Shown here: positions 23,019 to 35,400 of the stretch, one piece after another
Layout of the letters: each line of letters begins with the position of its first letter
How positions within the stretch are numbered: the first letter of the stretch is position 1
Origin: an uncultured delta proteobacterium
GTDB lineage: Bacteria > Myxococcota_A > Polyangia > Polyangiales > Polyangiaceae
Direction: 5' to 3'
DNA length: 64,000 bases
Assembly: GCA_963841435.1 (NCBI GenBank)
Contig: CAWJCS010000004.1
Span: 832,001 to 896,000, forward strand
The notes under the pieces: model-generated
What the model was told of the DNA's origin: nothing
The model's database searches: none
The model's input: only the letters and a program-made list of their open reading frames with translations
Position numbers and translations under genes: made by a program

Positions 23019-24051
23019 GTGACGGATGCAAAGTCCGCGAAGGCAGCCGACAATCGCGCAACGCCCGCGGCGGGCACGGCACCGGCGTACGATCGCGACG
23101 AACTGCTCGGTTACTACCGGCAGATGCTGCTGATCCGCCGGTTCGAGGAAAAGGCCGGCCAGCTCTATGGCATGGGTCTGATCGCCGGCTTCTGCCATCT
23201 CTACATCGGCCAGGAGGCGGTGGTCGTCGGCCTGCAGGCCAATGCGACCGAGGCCGATTCCGTCATCACCACCTACCGCGATCACGGCCACATGCTCGCC
23301 ACCGGCATGGATGCCGAAGGGCGTCATGGCGGAACTGACCGGGCGCATCGACGGCTATTCGAAGGGCAAGGGCGGCTCGATGCACATGTTCAGCCGCGAG
23401 AAGAAGTTCTACGGCGGCCATGGCATCGTCGGCGCCTCGGTGCCGCTCGGCGCCGGACTCGCCTTCGCCCACAAGTATCGCGAGGACGGCGGGATCAACT
23501 TCTGCTACTTCGGCGACGGCGCCGCCAACCAGGGCCAGGTCTACGAAGCCTTCAACATGGCCTCGTTGTGGAAGCTGCCGGTGATCTTCGTCATCGAGAA
23601 CAACCGCTACGGCATGGGGACGTCGATCCAGCGAGCCTCGGCCTCGACCGAATTCTATCGGCGCGGCGAGGCGTTCGGCATCCCGGGCGTCATGGTCGAC
23701 GGCATGAACGTGCTGGAGGTGAAGAAGGCCGGCGCCGAGGTCGTCGCCCATGTCCGCGGCGGCAAGGGCCCATACGTCATGGAGCTGAGCACCTACCGCT
23801 ATCGCGGCCACTCGATGTCGGATCCGGCCAAGTACCGGACCAAGGAAGAGGTCTCGACGATGCGCAAGGAGCACGATCCGATCGATCGTCTCCGCCAGTT
23901 CATGCTGGACGAAGGGCTGGCCGACGATGCGGCGTTCAAGGAGATGGACCGGCAGACCAAGGACATCATCAACGAGGCGGCGGAATTCGCGCAGAAGAGC
24001 CCCGAGCCCGATCCGTCGGAGCTGTGGACGGATGTCCTGATCGAAGCCTAG
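23019..24051 (+). CDS. pdhA: Pyruvate dehydrogenase E1 alpha (frameshifted)
   Basis: LIRRFEEKAGQLYGMGLIAGFCHLYIGQEA; GDGAANQGQ; YRYRGHSMSDPAKYR. Confidence 0.96.
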
Positions 24052-24097
24052 TCGCCGAAAAGTAAAGTCGCGGGTCGTCGCTGAGGGAGGATGCCTG

Positions 24098-25479
<1,382 letters not shown>

Positions 25480-25496
25480 ACGAGGGAGCGGATCCC

Positions 25497-28300
<2,804 letters not shown>

Positions 28301-28369
28301 CGCCGGCCGGGCACACGCGGCGGCGCGCCAGGCCGACGCCGCGGGAACAGCGGCATTGATGTCGCCGCG

Positions 28370-29339
28370 ATGGGGAGCCACATCCAGACCATGCCCGACA
28401 GCGCCCCCCTGAGACACCCCGAGAAGGCCGGCCGCCCCGACCAGCCGTCGCCGCGCAAGCCCGACTGGATCCGCGTCCGGGTGCCGGCGTCGTCGGCCGG
28501 CTACGGCGAGACGCGGGCGGTGTTGCGGACGCACGGCCTGCACACCGTCTGCGAGGAGGCGGCGTGCCCGAACATCGGCGAATGCTGGGCGCGCAAGCAC
28601 GCGACCGTACATGATCCTCGGCGCCATCTGCACCCGGGCGTGCGCCTTCTGCAACGTCGCCACCGGCAGGCCGGGGCCCGTCGATGCGATGGAGCCGGAG
28701 CGGCTGGCGCGGTCGGTCGGCGAGCTCGGGCCTGAAGCACGTGGTGATCACCTCGGTCGATCGCGACGACCTCGCCGACGGCGGCGCGGCCCAGTTCGTC
28801 GCGCTGCATCGAGCGGATCCGCGAGCTCTCGCCCGGCACCACGATCGAGGTGCTGACGCCCGACTTCCGCGGCAAGGACGGCGCGGCCGAGCAGGTCTTC
28901 GCGGCCGCGCCCGACGTCTTCAACCACAACCTGGAGACGGTGCCGCGGCTCTATCCCGGCATCCGCCCGGGCGCCCGCTACTACCTGTCGCTGAAGCTGC
29001 TGGATAAGGCGAAGGAGGCGAACCCGGCGCTGTTCACCAAGTCCGGGATCATGGTCGGCCTCGGCGAGGAGCGGGCGGAGGTGCTGGCGGTGATGGACGA
29101 CCTGCGCGCGGCCGGCGTCGATTTCCTCACCATCGGCCAGTACCTGCAGCCGACGCCGAAGCACGCCGCCGTCGCCCGCTTCGTGCCGCCGGACGAGTTC
29201 GCCGAATTCAAGCGAGTGGCGCTGGCGAAGGGCTTCCTGGTGGTGGCGTCGACGCCCTTGACCCGATCCTCCTACCACGCCGATCGCGACTTCGCCGCAG
29301 CTCAGGGCGGCGCGCGTCGCCGGCGTCGCGGCCGGCTGA
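28370..29339 (+). CDS. lipA: Lipoyl synthase (frameshifted)
   Basis: [36 protein letters not shown]. Confidence 0.96.
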
Positions 29340-29344
29340 GGGCG

Positions 29345-29844
29345 ATGCCGACCCATGCGGAAATGCGCCGCCTGCCGTACAGCCGCGAGCAGATGTTCGA
29401 TCTGGTCGCCGATGTCGAGCGGTATCCCGAGTTCCTGCCGTGGTGCGCCGCCTGCCGGATCAAGCGGCGGGAATCGCCGTCCGCCTTCACCGCCGACCTG
29501 ATCATCGGCTTCAAGATGTTCCGCGAGCGCTTCACCTCGCGGGTCGGCCTCGACCGGCCGCAGAGCGGATCGACGTGTCCTATCAGGACGGCCCGTTCCG
29601 CTATCTCAACAACCACTGGCGGTTCGAGGAGGCCGACGACGGCGGCTGCACCATCGACTTCTACATCGACTTCGAGTTCAAGTCGAAAACCCTGCAGAAG
29701 ATGATCGGCACCCTGTTCAACGAGGCGGTGCAGCGGATGGTCAACGCCTTCGAGAACCGGGCGATCGCCCTTTACGATGCGGACGCTTCGCCGCGCCGCC
29801 GCCGGCCGGTGCCGGCGAAACCGGGCGCCCCGCGGCTGTCCTGA
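29345..29844 (+). CDS. ratA: RatA/Coq10 START-domain protein (frameshifted)
   Basis: [39 protein letters not shown]. Confidence 0.9.
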
Positions 29845-29858
29845 GGCGGGCACGCGCC

Positions 29859-30351
29859 TCAGCCGGCAAGCGTCTCGCGCAGCAGCGCCACCGCCCGCCG
29901 CACGGTGGCGAGGCGGACGGCCTGGCGGTCGCCGGGGAAGACCTCGCGGTGGTGGCGAATGGGGCCGCCCTTCACCGCCGCCGCCATGTGGACGAGGCCG
30001 ACCGGCCGGCCGGGTGAGCCGCCGCCCGGCCCGGCGATGCCGGTGACGGCGAGGCCGACGTAGGCATGCGAGCGGGCGAGCGCGCCTTCCGCCATCGCCC
30101 GCGCCACCTCCTCCGACACCGCGCCCTTCGTCCGCAGCAGCTCCCGCCGGCACGCCGAGCAGCTCCTCCTTCGCCTCGTTCGAATAGGTGACGAACCCGC
30201 GGTCGAACACATCCGACGACCCGGCGATCGCGGTCAGCAGCCCGGCGATCAGCCCGCCCGTACACGACTCCGCCACCGCCAGCGTCATCCCCCGCGCCCG
30301 GCAGCGGTCGAGAATATCGGCGGCCAGCGCCAGGTCTTCATCGGTGAACAT
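29859..30351 (-). CDS. cinA: CinA family NMN amidohydrolase (frameshifted)
   Basis: [40 protein letters not shown]. Confidence 0.92.
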
Positions 30352-30409
30352 ATGTGCATTCCATCCGCAACATTTCTACAGATTAGTTTTCCGAGCTTTC
30401 TCATATGCC

Positions 30410-31594
30410 TCACGGATTTGGTGCGGGAATAGGGAATTGACCTGCGGACTGCGACTGCTCAGGAGGCGTACCTTGTTCTCCCTTCTGCCCGACGGAAGAC
30501 GTTGCCGCCGCGTACGTGCCCGCCCGTCGCTGAGCGGAGCGGTTAGCCCAGCCGGCCGGAAGAAAGGATGGGATTTCCTGCGGCTGTTGGAAAAAAATGT
30601 AGTTTATGAAGGTGCCGAAACGCGCCTCCGCATCGTTCAGCAGCGACTGGCAGCTTAGGATCCCGTCCAGATTGTTGCCTACCGATTTCCAATGGATGCG
30701 CTGATCTTTCTTTTTCTTAAGTGAGAACCCCACCGCTGTTCGCAAAACAAGTTGGGCATGGGTCATGTCGCCTGACGCCACAAAAGAGAGAGCAAAACCA
30801 TCGTCCGTGACTTCGTGGTAATCCTTCAAAGTTGAAAGTATCGCCCAGACAACCGAGCGCGGCACTCCCTCAGTCCGCACGCCCGCGGCGTCGTGCAGGT
30901 ATGCATCAGACACCCGAAACTTGGCTCGGTACCCATCCGACGTTGAGTGCTTCTCACCGATCCACTCGCCTTCGATGCGCAGACCAGCCCCCTCCCTCGG
31001 GACAATCCAATAATCGCCGGCTAGGAAATTCATCAGATCATGTTTGACCGCCAGCTCGAAATCGACTGTTACGGAGTGGCCGTCAACGGGCGCCGCAATG
31101 TCAGGATCGAACAATATCCAGAAACCGAGGGCGCGCGGACGCCACGCAATCAGCAACGGCTTTTGCATCAACGAGGCATAGGCTTGGAGACGCTGCAGGT
31201 AAGATTTTTTGAGTTTCAGGAACATATCTTTGCTGGTCTTGACCTCAATCAGCGTGCTGCACTTCTGGTCGCCAATTTGGAAAACCGCAAACAGATCTGG
31301 CACCTTCCACAAACTGCGCGCCGAGTTTTCAAGCACATCTTCGCTAAGTCTATGGACGAAAGTGCAACAGCCGAGCCAGCGGAGAATGGCAGCGAACTCT
31401 ATTTCTGAGGACAGTCCATATTCAACGTGCTGAACTTGACGGATAAACTTCTTAACATCCGAAAAATTCCAGTTAAGGTGCTCCGCTGCTTTAACAACAG
31501 TGTGTGCGGCATCTGTTGCCGCAAATGGTTCGGCCATTCTGTCGAACTGAGGTCGTTGAGCCGTCGGTGGCCGACTTGTGGGCGGATCGCTCAT
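30410..31594 (-). CDS. PD-(D/E)XK nuclease, Hjc/restriction-endonuclease-like, 394 aa
   Basis: GLSSEIEF...VPDLF...LIEVKT catalytic pattern; intact ORF in an AT-richer patch. Confidence 0.72.
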   Translation of the reverse strand: MSDPPTSRPPTAQRPQFDRMAEPFAATDAAHTVVKAAEHLNWNFSDVKKFIRQVQHVEYGLSSEIEFAAILRWLGCCTFVHRLSEDVLENSARSLWKVPDLFAVFQIGDQKCSTLIEVKTSKDMFLKLKKSYLQRLQAYASLMQKPLLIAWRPRALGFWILFDPDIAAPVDGHSVTVDFELAVKHDLMNFLAGDYWIVPREGAGLRIEGEWIGEKHSTSDGYRAKFRVSDAYLHDAAGVRTEGVPRSVVWAILSTLKDYHEVTDDGFALSFVASGDMTHAQLVLRTAVGFSLKKKKDQRIHWKSVGNNLDGILSCQSLLNDAEARFGTFINYIFFQQPQEIPSFLPAGWANRSAQRRAGTYAAATSSVGQKGEQGTPPEQSQSAGQFPIPAPNP

Positions 31595-31810
31595 TGTACC
31601 ACGTTCAACATCAAGGCCATTGTTCGACAGTCTTTGTTCCTCTCGTAGCGTGGCTGACGACCACGCTCCGTAGAAATCACGGCTCGCACAGGGTGTAATA
31701 GCATCAGCGTATTGCGCCGGATGAGGCGTGGATCACACTTTGATGATCCTGCCCCTACCGTTCTCCGACGCCGGAGGTTTCACGAGCGTGCCCGAAGGTC
31801 CGAGGTCGCG

Positions 31811-32362
31811 TCAGTGCATGCGGATGAGTTGATCGGCCTTCTGCCGCTGCTCCGGCGTCAGCGCCTGGTAGAGGGCATCGAAGGCCGGCTTGATCTTCTT
31901 CATCGCGGCGAGATGCTCTTCCATCATCTGCAGGTGCCGGTCGAGCCACTGCGGCAGTGTCGCGTCCGGCTGGCCGGGTGTCGGCATCCACTTCTGCTGG
32001 GACTCGGCCAGGCTCTTCATCTGCGCGCGGACGACGTCGGCGAAGGCGTTCCAGGGGCCGCTCTGCGCCTCGGTGATGCCGAGCCACGACTTGAGGAAGG
32101 CGAGTTTGCCCTCGGCGAAGGCCTGGATCATGCCGGGCGCCATCATCATCCCGTGATGCCCGCCTGGACCCATCATCCACGGAGCCCATCATCCACGGAC
32201 CCCAGTCCCGTGACCCATTCCGGGCCCCATCATACCCGGCCCCATCATCGGCCCGGGCTGCCGGGCCGGTGCCTGCGGCTCCGCCGGCGGCTGCTGGGCG
32301 AAGGCGCTGCCGGCGAGGATCAGCGAGGCTGCGGCGAGCGAAGCGGCGAATTTTCCGGTCAT
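31811..32362 (-). CDS. Spy/CpxP (LTXXQ) family periplasmic protein with Met/Gly/His-rich N-terminus (frameshifted)
   Basis: Signal peptide ...AGSAFA; MMGPG repeats; LGITEAQ; LYQALTPEQRQKAD. Confidence 0.8.
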
Positions 32363-32539
32363 GTCTGATCTTCCTGCTTTCGTGGGGCTATGCTTGTCAG
32401 GGCTCGGCGACAGGCAGTGGCGCGTTGGCCTTCAAGATCAACACGCCATATGCGGAAATGGGGCTTCGACGGCGACGACCGCAAGCGGCGGCGGATGAAG
32501 ATGCGGACATGCGGCGGATCACGCTCTCGCTGATCCGCC

Positions 32540-33064
32540 CTACGGTTGCGGAGCTGCATCGAGCTTTGCCTGCAATTCGCCGAGCCATGCGCGCAGGCGG
32601 TTGCGGTTGACGCCTAAGTCCCAGTAGCCGGTTTCGGCGCGGCTGTAGGCGCAGAGCGTCGAGCGGGTGGGGGTGAGCGGGACGGCCCGGAAGCTGATGC
32701 GGTCGACGAAGCCGAAGACGGCCGTCTTCTGCTGGGATTCGATCTGCAGGCCGTCGGCGGAGACGGCGGTGATTCGCGTCCGCGGCTGGCTCTGAACGAC
32801 GACGGTCCAGGCCTCGGCGAGACGTTCGGCCGGGACATCGAACGTGGGCGCGGTCTCGTCCGGGGTCGCCGGGGTGAAAGCAGAGGGCGCGATCAGCCAG
32901 CGGTTCGGGCTTGCGGGCAGGGTGAGCCGGCTGAAGTCCGTCAGATTCGCCTCAAAAGGGGTTTCAGCCTCGGCGGTCATCGCGGCGGTCGCGATCGAAG
33001 CAGCGAGGACGACAAACGCCACCCGATGCCCCCGGCACTGCCCCGGAGCGGAAAAGATCTGCAA
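32540..33064 (-). CDS. DUF1499 family protein
   Basis: PASPNRWL; VFGFVD; YSRAETGYWDLGVNRNRL. Confidence 0.8.
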   Translation of the reverse strand: MQIFSAPGQCRGHRVAFVVLAASIATAAMTAEAETPFEANLTDFSRLTLPASPNRWLIAPSAFTPATPDETAPTFDVPAERLAEAWTVVVQSQPRTRITAVSADGLQIESQQKTAVFGFVDRISFRAVPLTPTRSTLCAYSRAETGYWDLGVNRNRLRAWLGELQAKLDAAPQP

Positions 33065-33141
33065 CGCAGATCATCTCCGGGGTCGGCGCCGAGCGTGCGC
33101 CCCGCCGATCAGCGAGGCGCCGCCGCATCCGTCGGGCGGAG

Positions 33142-33600
33142 TTATTTGTAATAACCGACGCCGCACACCTGGTCGCCGATTTTGGTGATGTAGGACTCTT
33201 TCGGCACCGGTGTGGTCTCACCCGGTTTCGCAATCATGTAAGACGCTTCCGAAAGCTTTCCTTCCTGGGCGATTTTGTAGAATTCCTCGCCGTAAGCCTT
33301 GCCGGTCGGGTCTTTACGATCCTTCATGCTCTGTCCGACCAGAGAAGCGTTGGCGCCGTGCGCCGAAAAGTTGCCGTCCGGACCGCCGCAAAACGGATAG
33401 AGATCCTTCTCCTTGAACTTGCCGGCCGTGATCTCCTCCAACGTCTTTGCCTTGTTGGCCTTCATGTCGGCAACGACTTTCTCCAGCATGGCTTTCGCTT
33501 CCGCCGCCGTTCCGGCTTGCTGCGCCGACGCCGGCGTGACCGCAAACATCAGAAGTGCGAGCACGAGCATCGACACCCATCGCAAGAGCTTCATGTCCAT
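33142..33600 (-). CDS. Secreted single Cache-domain protein
   Basis: Signal peptide; GTAAEAKAMLEK; KDLYPFC; KDPTGK; PKESYI...CGVGYYK; RBS GGAGGA. Confidence 0.82.
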   Translation of the reverse strand: MDMKLLRWVSMLVLALLMFAVTPASAQQAGTAAEAKAMLEKVVADMKANKAKTLEEITAGKFKEKDLYPFCGGPDGNFSAHGANASLVGQSMKDRKDPTGKAYGEEFYKIAQEGKLSEASYMIAKPGETTPVPKESYITKIGDQVCGVGYYK

Positions 33601-33810
33601 TCCTCCATATCGTTGGTTTCGTAAGACTTGTGCGCAATCGTGTACTGTCTGCGGGAGCCGAGGGCAAGTCCTCCATACCACCTAATGGGGAATGCCGAGG
33701 GATCCTTAAGAGCATACGCTGATGCCCGAACGGCGCCGGGCTGCGCGAGCCGAAATTGCCCGGTCCGCTTGGAGCATGTCGTTGCCCGTAGCGCGGCCGG
33801 GGAGCGGGAG

Positions 33811-33886
<76 letters not shown>

Positions 33887-33937
33887 ATCGCCGCGGGTGG
33901 GGGCGAGGGGCGATCCGACCCGGCCCACGATGCGCCG

Positions 33938-33967
33938 CTTATAACAAGCCGGGCGGCTTTGTGTCCA
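33938..33967 (-). promoter_or_regulatory. Putative sigma70 promoter of tRNA-Phe
   Basis: Minus strand TGGACA...TGTTATAAG about 50 nt upstream of the tRNA. Confidence 0.5.
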
Positions 33968-34114
33968 GCCGCCCCGGCCGCGGCGCGGTCGGCGGCGGTC
34001 GGTGAGCACACCGGTCCGGCCGCGTTGCCTTTTCATGAGAGGACGAGTGCCTTTCGGGCGGTTCGAGATCCGGAGTTTAGGCCTAACCCATTGATGACAA
34101 GCCATACCCGCGAA

Positions 34115-34274
34115 GTGCGCGGCGAAAATGTCGTCATTCGTCGTCATTTGTCGGCAAACGTCGTCATCGGCAGCCGGTGCGCGGCGAAAATGTCGTCATC
34201 GAGGCACCCACCGCGGCCCACAATGTCGTCATTCGTTCGTCAAATGTCGTCATGTGTCGGCACGATGTCGTCAT
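34115..34274. repeat. Helically phased array of GTCG(T/G)CA heptamers
   Basis: Copies start at 34130, 34140, 34150, 34160, 34192, 34225, 34236 (TTCGTCA), 34246, 34256, 34267; includes a 23-bp perfect duplicate at 34115-34137 and 34177-34199. Confidence 0.9.
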
Positions 34275-34330
34275 ACCGGTTCGCCCGCCTGGGATCCGAA
34301 TCGCCGGACGATTGCTGCGCGCCGGGAATG

Positions 34331-34371
34331 GAACATAATACGAACATACGCGAAGCCGCGGCGCCGGTCAA
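34331..34371 (-). promoter_or_regulatory. Sigma70-type promoter overlapped by a perfect LexA box
   Basis: Minus strand TTGACC-N17-TATGTT; GAAC-ataatac-GAAC at 34331-34345 overlaps -10/+1. Confidence 0.8.
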
Positions 34372-34406
34372 CGCCCCCGCCCGACTGCGCGGAATCGCCA
34401 AGACAG

Positions 34407-34859
34407 TTACTTGTCGAAGGTCGTCAGGGGCGCCCCGTCGTCGGCGACGAACACGGCCAACAGGCTCGCCGGCTCGGTCGCACTCGCGTTCTCGCTGACG
34501 AGGTGCTCGCTGCCCGGCGGCTCGAAGAAGCTCTCGCCGGCGCTATAGACCCGGGCCGGTCCGGTCGCGGAGTTTTCCGAGCGAATTGTTCCCGAGAGCA
34601 CGTAGGCGAATACGCTTCCGGCGTGGTGGTGCGCGCTGGAGTGTCCGCCGGGGCCATAGGTGACGACGAGTGCTGTGAGGGTCTTGCCCGGAACGTTCGG
34701 CAGTTTCTCCGCGAATGCCTGCTTCACCTCGGCGCCCGCGCCCTCGGCGGATGCGCTCGACGTGGGGCCGGCCAACACTATTCCGGCCAGTATCACACCG
34801 GTCGACAGCAACGCCGCCGCAGCCGGCAAACGGCGGTGCGTCCGATACCCTTGTCTCAT
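34407..34859 (-). CDS. Secreted cupin-domain protein
   Basis: Signal-like N-terminus; HHHAGSVFAYVLSG; GESFFEPPGSEH. Confidence 0.85.
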   Translation of the reverse strand: MRQGYRTHRRLPAAAALLSTGVILAGIVLAGPTSSASAEGAGAEVKQAFAEKLPNVPGKTLTALVVTYGPGGHSSAHHHAGSVFAYVLSGTIRSENSATGPARVYSAGESFFEPPGSEHLVSENASATEPASLLAVFVADDGAPLTTFDK

Positions 34860-35346
34860 CATTGCGCCCCCCGTTGAGCCTCTTCGGGCGCTCGCGTGGG
34901 CAGGTGCCGGCGGATGCACCGAGCGGAAGCCGATGGCGATCCGGTTCCAGGCATTGATGGTGCCGATGAGCACCGTCAGCTTGACCAGCTCGTCCTCCGC
35001 GAAGTGCCGGCGCGACCTCCTCGAAGACGGCATCCGGGGCGTGCGTCTCGGAGATCAGGGTGAGTGCTTCCGTCCAGGCCAGGGCCGCCCGCTCGCGCTC
35101 GCTGTAGAGCGGCGATTCTCGCCAGGCGTCGAGCAGGTACAGGCGTTCCTCCGTCTCGCCGCGGGCGCGGGCGTCGCGCGTATGCATCTGGATGCAGAAG
35201 GCGCAGCCGTTGATCTGCGACGCGCGCGTCTTCACCAGCTCGATGAGCGACGATTCCAGCCCGCAGTTGCGCACGTGGTTTTCGAGCGCGCCCATCGCCT
35301 TCATCGTCTCCGGCGCCGCCTGATAGGGGTTCAGTCTCGGTTGCAT
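34860..35346 (-). CDS. Carboxymuconolactone decarboxylase/AhpD family protein (frameshifted; 3' end uncertain)
   Basis: ELVKTRASQINGCAFC; AWRESPLYSERERAALAWTE; INAWNRIAI. Confidence 0.88.
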
Positions 35347-35400
35347 CGTCTCGCCCTCCCCGATTGACTATGTGGGAGCCGCCGACATCGAGGACGCGTT

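Noticed and set aside
29345-29844. ratA as a toxin-antitoxin system
   Set aside because: The lipA-linked Coq10-type START protein is a conserved housekeeping gene; no antitoxin present
34115-34274. Repeat array as a CRISPR array
   Set aside because: Units are 7-10 bp with no regular unique spacers, and there are no cas genes in the window
34130-34274. Array as Pho boxes
   Set aside because: Core is GTCGTCA rather than CTGTCAT, the period is mostly 10 bp, and no phosphate gene is adjacent
34407-35033. AhpD-cupin fusion
   Set aside because: The cupin has its own signal-like N-terminus and ATG; read-through is best explained by an indel
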